From contig NC_059427.1 in the NCBI RefSeq assembly GCF_021028975.2, positions 114,700,001 to 114,764,000 on the forward strand: a stretch of 64,000 bases of DNA, written 5' to 3'. Numbering within the stretch: position 1 is the stretch's first letter; every line of letters starts with the position of its first letter. Of the stretch, positions 1 through 11,880 are shown one piece after another. Both the position numbers and the translations under genes were made by a program. The notes beneath the pieces were generated by a model that was given only the letters and a program-made list of their open reading frames with translations, did no database searches and was not told the DNA's origin. Origin of the DNA: Sphaerodactylus townsendi. Its lineage: Eukaryota.

Positions 1-1133
1 GGGTCCATAACTTTGGACATCCTGAACCAAATTTCACCAAACCTGGAATGTACTATCAGGGGAGTCTCTTATTGACACTACCCAGGTTTTATGAAGTTTA
101 GTCCAGGGAGTCCAAAGCTATGGACTCCCAACGGGGGTGCCCCCATCCCCCATTGTTTCCAATGGGAGCTAATAGGAGATGGGGGCTACACCTTTGAGGG
201 TCCATAACTTTGGACCCCCTGAACCAAACTTCACTAAACCTGTGTGGTATCATTAGGAGAGACTCCGAAAGATACCTTGAAAGTTTGGTGCTTCTAGCTT
301 ATCAATTGCACCCCTGACAGCAGACACCCCCCAAATTTCCCCAGATTCTCCTTTTAAATCCACCCCCTTCAGCATGGATTTAAAGGGAGAATCTGAGGTC
401 CTCAGTTTAGAAGAAGAAGAAGAGTTTGGGTTTATATCCCCCCTTTATCTCCTGTAGGAGACTCAAAGGGGCTTACAATCTCCTTGCCCTTGCTCCCTCA
501 CAACAAACACCCTGTGAGGTGGGTGGGGCTGAGAGAGCTCCGAAAAGCTGTGACTAGCCCAAGGTCACCAGCTGGCATGTGTGGGAGTGCACAGGCTAAT
601 CTGAATTCCCCAGATAAGCCTCCACAGCTCAAGTGGCAGAGCAGGGAATCAAACCCAGTTCTTCCAGATTAGAATGCGCCTGCTCTTAACCACTACACCA
701 CATTGAAAGTGATGCTGTTTCAGAGTGGGGGATAATCCACCCCAAAACAGAATCACTTTCAATGTTGTTTAACTGGGGACCCCAGATTCTCCCTTTAAGG
801 TGGATTTAAAAGGAGAATTTGGGCTCTCTAGTTTAAACACCATTGAAAGTGATGCTGTTTGGGGGTGGATTCCAGCATCACAGCGGCTGCCGGGGGTGGC
901 AAAACTCAGATTTTGCATCGGGCTCCATTTTCCCTCTATGCCTCTGCCCAGAGGGGAGGGGCAGGGGAGGGCAGGGCAGGGGAGTCTGCCATCCCCGACC
1001 TTGGAGAGCTGCTTTTATAAGCGCTAGGCCAGGGGCAGGGCTTGGGGAGGCGTGGCCATGCCCTAGGGGTGAGTGGAGGTGTGGCCCCACCCCCGAACCC
1101 CCCCCCCATAAAAAATCTATACCTACGTCCCTG
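1..1133. mobile_element. Composite non-autonomous DNA element (left end outside window) built of ~197-bp subunits and short hairpins; interrupted by a SINE at 409-700
   Basis: GGGTCCATAACTTTGGAC recurs at 1 and 198. Hairpins CAGATTCTCC..GGAGAATCTG (~341-395, ~783-820) and CATTGAAAGTGAT..ATCACTTTCAATG (701-763). Right terminus CTACGTCCCTG (1123-1133) resembles a CAGGG-type hAT end. Confidence 0.65.
409..700 (-). mobile_element. tRNA-derived SINE (Squam3-like) with (CTT)n tail
   Basis: Reverse complement closely matches the + strand copy at 20636-20940. (AAG)n tail at 409-424, tRNA-like A/B boxes at the other end; splits the host motif CAGTTT|CATTGAAAGTG. Confidence 0.9.
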
Positions 1134-1765
1134 GTACTGTGCGAATCTTTGACTTCTGCAGCAATGTCCAATTAATGTAGTTCAGTTCTGTTCACATTTC
1201 TTCTAACGTGGTGGAGATACTGGAGCTTTCTCAAATCCCACTTTGCTAGAATTGGAAAAGGGTTACACTGCAAGAAAGAGAAACCTCACCAACCCCCACC
1301 CACTGTATTTTTGCCAAATTCATCACTTTTGTCTGCAGGCCAGGGGTGAAAATAGGCACATTACACATTACAGAGGTCAGTTCCACATCAGAGTGCACCT
1401 TCCCACCCCACGCAAATAACTCAAACAAACCTGGCCCAACAAGCTAAAGAGACACTATTAAAATAGGAGAGCTAAATTTCAGACAAAATTATTAGGATCA
1501 GTACAAAATGCAATGGTAGATCTTGAAATTGTTTTAATGTTAATTTTCCATGGAAATACACCCTGTAACTCACCCTGATAGGCCACATTTTTGGAGCGTT
1601 GTTCATCTAAAAGTTTCCTTAAGGGATCTGATGAAGAACTAAAAGAGAATCTATCCAGTCTTGTTATTTGTTAATTAATTTTATATACATGCTAATTTGC
1701 TCCCCCGCCCCCTTTCTTTTTTTTTTGTATTGGCGATTTAATTGTTAGTTTGGTTTTCTGTTTTA

Positions 1766-1948
1766 NNNNNNNNNNNNNNNNNNNNNNNNNNNNNNNNNNN
1801 NNNNNNNNNNNNNNNNNNNNNNNNNNNNNNNNNNNNNNNNNNNNNNNNNNNNNNNNNNNNNNNNNNNNNNNNNNNNNNNNNNNNNNNNNNNNNNNNNNNN
1901 NNNNNNNNNNNNNNNNNNNNNNNNNNNNNNNNNNNNNNNNNNNNNNNN
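1766..1948. other. Assembly gap (N run)
   Basis: Continuous Ns. Confidence 1.
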
Positions 1949-3440
1949 TCAGGATCTAGAATCCAAAATGAAGGAAAGCAACATTGGAATATGACACACC
2001 ATCAAAACAGTGGGAAAGTGTTGTGAGCTGCTTCAAATAGGTAGCTAATAAAGTGATATATAAATGTTTTAAATGAATGAATGAACACATCTGACTAGAC
2101 ATCTTTCACACAGCTGCAAATGTGACTGTCTTGAATTTTTTAAAGACCATTCAGCAATCTTCCCTACTTGCAAACCTGAAAACCCCAACCATCTGTGTAA
2201 GGAAAAAGAGAATGGCATGGAATCAAACTGCAGGAGGAAATTGTTGGTAAGGGCACAAGATCCCTTAGTGGCCGAGAGCAAAGTCTCATGACAAATATCT
2301 GCAAAGAACTGCTGGATTCATGGAGGATATTTTAAGGATGGAATCCTCTCTCCCTATTTAACTAAATCACCACTATAGATGTAATGGGATTTCCTTTAGT
2401 CTCAGTAAGATTGGCTTTTTGGGACCTTAGTGAAAACACTACCAGATGCTGCATCCAAGATGAGCTTCCTTTGGGGTCCTAGGAGGCATTTTTAAATAGT
2501 TCTGTTAAAGATGCCACCATTTCAGAAAGAGGGATGCAGACAAAGGCAATTCTGTTAGGCTTGATATTGCTCCCGCTTGGAATTTGTATGCACTGAAACG
2601 GAGCCCAAATATATTTGCTGAATGGTTGAGTTAAATACCCTCTTAAACAGCTTAAATAGGACTCATTGTGAGAAGTTGAAAAAACAATTTGGAAACAGCA
2701 GGTGGACCAGCAGGCAGGGCTAGAAGTTGGGTTGCTCTCGCAAGAAGCATCAGCAGGTTAAAAAAGGAAGCACCTGGGAACAAAGCAAAAATAAGGAAGC
2801 ACCTGGGAAACAAATCAGTTAGTTAAAATGTCCAGCAATTACAGACTGGGTTATGCTTAATTGTGTGAGTGGGTGGAGGGTCATAAGCAGTAAAAAAGAA
2901 ATTGAAGTTTCTGCTACTAATCCTACAAGAAAGGGATTATGAGACATGCTACCAAACCATGCAAAAAGGAAACTGGGAAGGAAGGCCTACAGATTGGCCA
3001 TTGGCCCAGCTTGTAACTTTTCTCACCTTACTCAGAGCTACCTTTCCCACCTAAGTCATTATTCTGCACAGCATTATTTCTTTTCTTTCAGGATAATGCT
3101 ATCTAATTTTTGCATGGAGTAGATAAATCTGTGGATATGAATTTTCACCATTCTTTGTTGCTTTATGCTGCTGCAAAGGATGTTGTCACATAGACACAAC
3201 TGTGGGCCAGTGCCCAAGAAGGCACAGGAAGACCAACCTGGAGAAGCTTAGCTTAGTACAGTTCCTGCCATTTTCCAGGGCATTACTATGAATATTGCAA
3301 ACCAATCTTCCTGCCCTCACAACAAGGGGAATATACTGGGTTCATATGTTAAAACTTTAGCAGACCTTTTGGCTTTTTCTATTATGCAATCATCTCAACA
3401 AAGCTTGATCATGGGGAAATAGAAAGCAATTTCCGTATTG

Positions 3441-3656
3441 CAGGGTTGCCAAAACTGGGTTGGGAAATACCTGGATATTTTGGGAGTGTAGCTGTTGAGG
3501 GAGGGTTTGGGAAGAGGTGAAATCTCAATGTGGTATATTGCCATAGAGTCCACTCTCCAACACAGCCATTTTCTCCAGGAAAACTGATATCTGTCACAAG
3601 AGACAAATTTTACTTCTGGGAGATCTCTAAGCCACACCTGTACACTGGCAATGCTG
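3441..3656. mobile_element. Old MITE of the (T/C)AGGGTTGCC..GGCAACCCT family
   Basis: Imperfect TIRs CAGGGTTGCCA / TGGCAATGCTG; internal similarity to 24693-24899. Confidence 0.65.
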
Positions 3657-3917
3657 TTCATAAGAAAGTTATCTTGTAGGATCACTGAACCCCTTTGACA
3701 TCACCACTTTGTACATTCCTCATACACTTTTGGGGGACAGTCTATAAATGAAATCCAGGATGCAACCGGAAAGACTATAAATTATTTAAGTAGTTTATTT
3801 TTTTAAACCACCTTTAGCAGGCTCCCCAAAGAGGTGACATAGAAAATTTCTAAACAAATAAATTATATTGACATAAAACACATTAAAACACGTGAAGGAA
3901 CAATGGATCCCTTATGA

Positions 3918-4559
3918 CAGGGGTCCCCAAACTACGGCCCGGGGGCCAAATGTGGCCCCCTGAAGGCATTTATCCGGCCCACCAGGCATGGCGGCGATGG
4001 CTCCATTCATGTGCAGTGGGGGCTCAAGGGAGAGGAGGAACCGGCCCCAACGGCTGTTGATTGCAATTACATGATGGCACCCCCAAATCTCCATGAATTT
4101 TCTGACCCAGAGTTGGAAACCTTACATGTGGCAACGCCTGCTCCGCCCTTCCCTCTCAGCTACTCCATGTGTTGCTCTCAGGCTTTCTGTTCCACCTCAC
4201 TCACATTGGCATCAGCCAGGCTGGCGGATCGCTCGCTGGCTGCTAGGGAGGAAAGAACCCAGGAAGATACCTGATCCTGGGTTAGATGGAATGCTTCATT
4301 GGGAAAGTTCTGCTTTTTTTTTTTTACAGGGGAAGGTATTCCACAGCCTCCCCAACAATATTTGGAGCCCACCCTGTACTTGACATACTTTGGTCACTGT
4401 TCTAAAAATAGACCATGACAGAAAGGCTGAAAGGTGAAATCAAACATTTTACAATCATTTGTGCATAGGAATTTGTTCATAATTTTTTTTTAGTCCGGCC
4501 CTCCAACAGTCTGAGGGACAGTGAACTGGCCCCCTGTTTAAAAAGTTTGGGGACCCCTG
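3918..4559. mobile_element. Non-autonomous hAT (Charlie/OC1-like) transposon
   Basis: Perfect 16-bp TIRs CAGGGGTCCCCAAACT / AGTTTGGGGACCCCTG and perfect 8-bp TSD CCTTATGA (3910-3917, 4560-4567). Confidence 0.95.
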
Positions 4560-6504
4560 CCTTATGATAAAACTATGCACATGCAGACTCAGTCACTTTT
4601 GTCACAGATGCCTTAGAACTCTCCTCTACCTTTGCTTTGTTTTTTGACTGTTCATTATTTCCATGGGATGCCACAGATGAAATTCCATAAGCAGCACCTC
4701 TTCTTAGTAATGACGCTACTCTGAATAATAGACTTTAACTTGAAACAGATTTTGGATTGTCAGCCTTCCGGTGGTTCCAGAGAATTAAAACTGAAGACTA
4801 CAGGGAGTAATTCCACTGGAATGTGAATTCTATGGCGTCACATCCCCATTCAACATACTTCCGACCCCAAATTCCATCTTCCCCATGTGCTGTCCCCAAA
4901 TTTCTAGGAGTTTCCCAAGCCATAAATGGCACCTCCAATTATGCACCAAGCAGCTTTGTCTTTTTAAAAAATTAACTATTTATTAGGCATTTCAGCAAAC
5001 ATTAAAACATCAAAATGGTATATTGGTCATTACTGTCTTCAAAGATCACTAATTCTTGTGTCACATTTTCATATGGTTTTGTCTTATTCCTTCAAATGAT
5101 ATGCCAACATTCCACTGACGGCAGTTGGTGAATTTTCATAATTTTGTGTTTGACTGTGAATGTTTTTAAACATATTGTTGTTTTTTTTAAGGTACTAGTT
5201 CAGTGCACATGAAATTTGCACATCTTTATTTCCAAACATTGACATTTTCCGGGATACCATTTTCTTTTCTGGGAATGATTTCATCAATTCCAGAAACAAA
5301 TTACAATTTATGGCATTTTAGCATCAATCTTATACAGCACCAAAGCCTTCAAATCAATGGAAGTGCCAGTTACTTTGTGTATCTTCATTGCCTGTTCTCT
5401 TTTTTCCCCTCTTACCTCTGTGAGTCAAGCCAGAAAGAAGACATCATGAGTAATGGATTACCAACTCAGTGCATTTCAAAGATGCCTTTTTCTCTATTTG
5501 TGAAAGATGTAATCATACAGAGCCCAGGAGATGAGTTCAGGGCTACCGTTATCACATTTAATCAGCATAAATTCCACACAGCCTTTAGGAATTTGAGATT
5601 TGTAAGCTTTTCTTGTATCACATTTCCTCCTGGAAATCCCTCCAGCTGGCTAGATGAAGCAATAGGTACCGTTTAACCAGTTATGAAATTCCCATGTAAC
5701 CATTGCTAAGATATTTGACACATTCAGATTTTAAAATATGTGCTGTGCCTTTTGCAGTTGGGTGTACATGAACGGCAGGTAGCATTTTATTAGCAAATTA
5801 TTGTGTTTGCTAAGCAAATGCGTGTATTATTTTTTGGCAAATGAAGAGCTCATTTTGCACCTGGGATAACTAGGTAGACAGGTTTGTTTTGAATGTAATT
5901 AAAGTGAAGAATGAAACCTGTCTTTTGCATAGTAAAATGCTGTTGCTGTCACAGGAGACGGAGGTGAATGCAAAAGGTGCAGTGCAAATATATGGCTGCC
6001 ATTTGTCCACAACAAAATGAAGAACTGAGCCAAAGGAGTGTGTGAAATAGATAATACATACCAGGCATCTATTTTGTAACAGCTACCAGGGACCCACTAA
6101 TCCCATAATGATTCTCTTTGCTCTAGGCCTACAGAATTTTGAAGGGAAGATGGAGTCTCACTAGTTTGACTTTAAATTAGCTAATACACAAAATGTGCTC
6201 ATGAGGCAAATCTCTTGCCGAGTTTGCTCATTGTGACATTTTACCATCCCCTACACATTGTCAAAAGTGCAGTCCATTACTGAGTTGTCCAAATTTCTAC
6301 TTCAGTGTGACTTGAGTTTTGATTGATCACTACCAGTTGAGGCTAATGATTCAGTGAGTTTTCCATGAATGTATATGTTGATCACTGTCATCATATACAC
6401 AACAATTTGAAAGGGGGGGGGAGTAGATAGAGCAAGAGGAATAAAGCATAATTGTTATCATTATTTGGGAATCCTTTTTCTCTGCTTTAAAAATGGGTAC
6501 CTAA

Positions 6505-6652
6505 CAGAATATTCTGTATGGAGTTATACCTACCTCAGCCCATTGCCTTCAATGGACTGAGAAGAGTATAACTCTGCCTAGCATGGCACTGTTATATGTT
6601 TAAATCCCGTAAATGTGTCAAATGGGCATAACTCTGCTTAGGATGGTACTGT
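6505..6652. repeat. Two decayed copies of a short palindromic squamate MITE
   Basis: GAGTTATAC..CCATTG/CAATGG..GTATAACTC palindrome, followed by a second partial copy ending ATAACTCTGCTTAGGATGGTACTG. Confidence 0.55.
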
Positions 6653-6842
6653 GGCTCCCGCACTAGTGGCTAGGGAGAACCTGGCAATCTTAGTCAATAC
6701 TTGTATCAGTTATTTTCTTTGCAACAGTTTCTCCCTTCCAAGTGAAGTACATTCTGCCTCTGCATATTCCCAGATATTTTCATTGACTGTCCAATGTTTG
6801 AAAAGTACTAAGATTGCTGGCCTTTTGTAAGGCCTGTTTTTT

Positions 6843-7012
6843 TCCATGAAAACTTGCTGGGCGACGTTGGGCGAGCCACATACTCTCAGCCTAACCTACC
6901 ACACAGGGTTGTTGTGAAGATAAAATGGAGGAGAGAAGAAGGATGTTAGTTGCTTTGTGTCCCCATTGGGAAGAAAGGAAGGATGCAGATAAAGTAAATA
7001 AACAAATAAATA
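6843..7012 (+). mobile_element. 5'-truncated older SINE (Squam3/MIR-core-like)
   Basis: GCTGGGCGACGTTGGGC..CTCTCAGCCTAACCTACCACACAGGGTTGTTGTG core and (TAAA)n tail; similar to 39135-39340. Confidence 0.75.
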
Positions 7013-8720
7013 AGAGGCAGTTTTTCATTTGGAAATGTATTGTGTTTTGTTGGCAGGCAATTAAAGTGATATTTGTAAGCAGCCTTGGTCTTTATAGAAA
7101 GGCAGGATATAAAGAGTTTAAACACAATAGAAATATTCTAGCACAACATTCATTTGCTGCCTAGCATGGACGGTGGAGTGGTCATTGCCTGACCTGGAGA
7201 CTGCACCGGTTTCTATATTAGTGGGTGAATAAAGTATGTCTCCTCTTCTTATATTCCAGTAAACCTTTCAAACAGAAGATTAGGGCAAAAAATAGTGAAC
7301 CAGCTCTCTGGCAATACAAGTTTCACTAATTCAATATATGCCTATTCCTCCATGGCATAGTTGTCCACAGGAAAAGCACAATATTTTCATCAGTGTCTGA
7401 CTGAGCTGCCTAAGAGACTTCAGTCTGAAATTGTTCTCCTTTGACTACAATAACCTATTCTTTATCTTTTGCATGGGACATGTTTGTAGACTTTTAAGCC
7501 TGCTGTGATTTGAAAAGCTCTAGATGGCAGAGTTCTTTTTTAAAAAGTTGAGTAGCTTTTCCTTTTCTTTGAAATGGATTTTGTTAATAGCAGGATATTG
7601 GGGAGTGGGATACAGACTAAAGATCTGTTTCCTTTTGCAATTTGGTCCACAAAACCAACAGGATTCATGGCCTGAGTTTATTACCTCAGGGGTCTTCCTG
7701 AAATTAGTCAAGTATTCATATTTCATCCTCTCCCTTTCTAAATGTTATGCATTCGTCCTCCAAAAGATTTGAATTCTCCTCTGCTTGCTCTCTACTCTCT
7801 TTGAACAAACTATAACTAAATATTAAACTCCACTGAGTGGGTTTCTCTGTTACCCATGTATGATACAGTGGTTCATTCTCATAGACAGCAGGAAATATTG
7901 AAGATTGCCAAATACCAGAGTGCTAAATGCCAAATACCAGAGTGCCAAATACCAAATCAAAACTCACTTTCTTCTACATTCCAGTAACAGTCATAAAATA
8001 AAGCAAAAGCTTTGCAAAGGCTGAGTCAAATCAGACCCCAATTCCAGTGCCTTGGTGACGCCAAGACCACCATACCCAGTGAGGGGCTGCCCAACAGGGA
8101 AAGCTCTCCCAGGTTCCACTCAGTGGTTGGAAAGTTCCACTAAGTAGTAGGGAAAGATTAGAGGGACTATTGCCCAGACCTAACCCAAGCATCATCTGAA
8201 AACAAAGTACACTACTTGCCATTTGCATGAGTAGGTTAACAATTAATTATTTCTACACAATTTCCACTATTCCATTCCTTATTTCAGTCTCCCTTCAAAG
8301 ATCTCATAGCAATGTAAACGGCCTCCCTTTACATTTGTCTTCAGAACATTTCCATGAGGTAGCTTAGGCAGAGAGATAGTGACTGGCCCAGGGTCACATT
8401 TATGTATCCCTTCTACCTCAATAAAGAGGCTGGCTTTATAGCCCAGGACTAAGAATGACATAGAACCCAGAACTTTGTCCCTCTAGTCCCCCACTCCTTT
8501 TGGTGTCTGTAGCATATGTGCAAATGCAAGCTCACCATTTCTGACTGGAGAAAGGGAACATGATTATGAGGGGACTCCTATTTGCTTCCTTTCAGCCCCC
8601 TGATGTGTGTTCTTTCCAGGGTTCCTACTGGTCATGCCGCTGCCCTCCATACAATTGGTTCCCTCTCTCCTTTGGTGGATTCTGAATGCGGGCAGTGGTG
8701 GGATTCTTTTTATTTACCTA

Positions 8721-9731
8721 CTAGCGGGGCCCAGCCACGCGTTGCTGTGGCAATTGTCTTTCTCATCACAGTCCGCAACCCACACAGATGTCCATGCAAG
8801 TCCAATGATCCGCAGAATAGCCTTTTGGGGTGGTCAAATGGAATCCCTCTTTTCCTTTTCAATGCACATCGTTATATGGTGGTGTCTTGTTTTTCAGTAT
8901 TAGGTAACCCTTTCCATTCCACAACGGAACTGTCCAGAGTGCGAATCCCGCTGTCCATGAGGCTGGTTGACACGCACAGTCCTGGCTTGGGTAAGGCAGA
9001 ACTGGGGCAAGGAGGCTATCCCAGTCAGGAAGCAGAGGCAGGGTGGTGAGGCGCTCAGATTGAGGCCAGCTCTCTGGGTTCTTAAAGGGCCATGTGCAAA
9101 AGAAGCGGAGCCAGTAGTGTTGGTTTGCCCCCACCCCGGAGATTTCTTAGAAGAAAAAGGCAAACTCCAGCTCGCTTTTAGTAAAAGAGAGCTGTGGCGA
9201 ATATGGGTGAAGAAGTGGGTAAGTGGTGGTTGGATGTGAGGGAGGGCAGAGTGAGGTGTGTGAGGATGAGTTGGATGTGTATTGTGTGGTAGCAGTGGGT
9301 GAGGCACAGAGAGTGAAAGTTTCCTGTCTGTGAGGGGGGGAACCCCATCTGACGTCTCACACGGCAAAGTGTGTATGTGTTTCACTTCCACTCGTATTAC
9401 CTAACAGTGTTACCTATTTACTGTTTCCACTGCTCATCTCTGCCCATCTGCACGAACATTCTAAGCCCTCATACCAAGCCCTCAGGCCACAGACAGACAG
9501 GCTGCATGAACATTCTAAGGGTGACAGTTAAACACAGCCAGCTTCATGGCCTGTTGCGCCAGGAAAAGACATTTTACCTGGCTCAGGTACAGACTTTCGG
9601 CGATTTGAAGGTCCCATTACCTGCCCGCAACAGGGAGGAACATCATGTGAAAATTTGGGGGCGATCCGTTCAGCCGTTTTGGCGTTAGGGAGTGACTAAC
9701 AAAGTCACTGTTTGCTTTTTATATATATAGA
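8721..9731 (-). mobile_element. Complete non-autonomous Helitron (~1011 bp)
   Basis: On the minus strand it begins TC (TCTATATATAT.., 9731) and ends CTAG (8724-8721). Subterminal hairpin GCCACAGCAACGCGTGGC (8734-8751). Sits between host A (8720) and T (9732) with no TSD. Confidence 0.92.
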
Positions 9732-9790
9732 TAACCCCTTTAAGTGATTAGTAGTGCAAGAACTTCACCAGCATCAGTGATGCACTAAGC

Positions 9791-9808
9791 TGTGTATGTG
9801 TGTGTGTG

Positions 9809-9854
<46 letters not shown>
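9791..9854. repeat. (TG)n + (GA)n microsatellite
   Basis: Direct reading; GA run 9811-9854. Confidence 0.98.
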
Positions 9855-9857
<3 letters not shown>

Positions 9858-11547
9858 GGAAAGGCAGTCTCTTTAGTAGCAGAACCAAAAAAACCTGTTC
9901 CTCACAACTCCACATTTCCAGATGTGGAGATTTGCAAATGGTTCCTTTTATATCTATCAAAGGGAAATGAAGGAAAGGCCAATGAAAGCAAACAGCTGCC
10001 ATGGGGGGGGGGGTGTCTTTAAATTGCTCTACATGGCAGTCACTTCCATGTGGCTGTCCATTTGGCTTCGCCCAAGCATTGCAGTCTGTGCTATTACAGT
10101 TAGTTTTGTCTGTGTATTTTGTTCTCTTGCAAAATAAATGGAAGTTCTAAATTTTGTACTTGATGACCATTTATTTCTGGGAAAGGAAAACATTTTACCT
10201 TATTACTATCACTTGAATGTCAGCTGCCATACTCCATTTGGGGATAATGTACTCTAATTATATCACTCGTGTTCCAAACACATTCTCAAAGTCTGTTACA
10301 TGTGGCATTTACAGTTGCCATAATAACACAACAGAGCACCAGGAAACACAGCATAAGCGCACCTCTGACCAGCAAGTGACCCACTAATTAGCAGATGTGT
10401 GAGGTTAACAGAAGTAGCGCTTCAAATGGGGAGGTGTGTTACCAAGGGAAACTCTGACCCCGGTAAACTGAAAAATCTATGCTAGGAAGTGTTTACACAA
10501 TCATCAGCCGTGTTGCCTAAACAAAAATAGAACAGAAAATCCCCCGTTTGTGTTAATATTATTCGGGGTGTGAAATGAGAAGGCCCTCTTATTTCACACG
10601 CAGCAATTACTGAAGAGGCTGAATCATAACTACAGAATTAGGTCCGGTGTTTGGAGACTACATCAATTAGCTTCCTTTTGGAGTGGAATGTTATTCCAGA
10701 CTCTGTCTGCTATTCATGTCTTAAAACCAATGATTCCTTTTTGGAATAAAAATCAATGCATAGCAAAGTGGGGGGTAGGCCAATGCAATGAAACTTGGAG
10801 GCTTCACATTATTGATCTGAACTGAACTCAAGTTTATTTGGATCTATTATTGACTTAAAGGTTGTTATGGACTGGATCTTGCATTATGTTTTTATCTCCT
10901 CTTAGGGACACCTTAAGTTCCCTATATGGGCAATCCAGCAATCCATTTAGTCTAGAAAAAGCACCATATGCTATAGAGAAAGTATATGAGCAATGGAGAC
11001 ATTTAGGAATTTTCCACTGGGCATTTCCAGCAGCAGCTGGTTTTCAGAAACAGTGATAATGAAATTCTCTCCCTTGACGGATTTGTCTTCTGTTGTTATA
11101 AATGTTGTGTGACCAGTGAATCTCTGAATAAAAAAAATGTTTGTTTGCTATAAGGTTAAACATCTTGCATAAATTCTGTGAGTGCAGTCCCACAAAAGAC
11201 TTATCTGACTGTAATCTTATTGTGAGAAGGATTTGAACATAGGGCTAGCAGACCAGGAACAAATATGATAAGCAACCAATACCATATATCCGTATTTAAG
11301 ACTCATGAGTCAACACATGTATAAATCCACCAAATGACAGAACATGAGTCACAAGTTATCTGAGGGAAAGCAAAGAACTGTTCCCATGACCACTCAGAAC
11401 TGCTGTACTGAATCCCAGCCAAGTTCTGCTTTCTTAACTACCCTGAGGAAAGCTGGTTACCTCTACCTTGACAGTCTGTCACCTCATGCTCATATGTTCC
11501 AACTGCTCGGGTTTCTTTTTGGCATAATACATGTTAAGGGAAGAAAT

Positions 11548-11880
11548 NNNNNNNNNNNNNNNNNNNNNNNNNNNNNNNNNNNNNNNNNNNNNNNNNNNNN
11601 NNNNNNNNNNNNNNNNNNNNNNNNNNNNNNNNNNNNNNNNNNNNNNNNNNNNNNNNNNNNNNNNNNNNNNNNNNNNNNNNNNNNNNNNNNNNNNNNNNNN
11701 NNNNNNNNNNNNNNNNNNNAAGNNNNNNNNNNNNNNNNNNNNNNNNNNNNNNNNNNNNNNNNNNNNNNNNNNNNNNNNNNNNNNNNNNNNNNNNNNNNNN
11801 NNNNNNNNNNNNNNNNNNNNNNNNNNNNNNNNNNNNNNNNNNNNNNNNNNNNNNNNNNNNNNNNNNNNNNNNNNNNNNNN
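11548..11880. other. Assembly gap (N run containing a 3-base AAG island at 11720-11722)
   Basis: Direct reading. Confidence 1.

Noticed and set aside
5203-5676. 157-aa + strand ORF
   Set aside because: GTG start, composition typical of AT-rich non-coding DNA, no recognisable domain.
7907-7953. Short TGCCAAATACCAGAG tandem (similar micro-duplications at 2764-2815 and 42491-42547)
   Set aside because: Ordinary slippage duplications.
9748-10022. ER-repeat and LS-repeat ORFs
   Set aside because: Translation of the (GA)n microsatellite.
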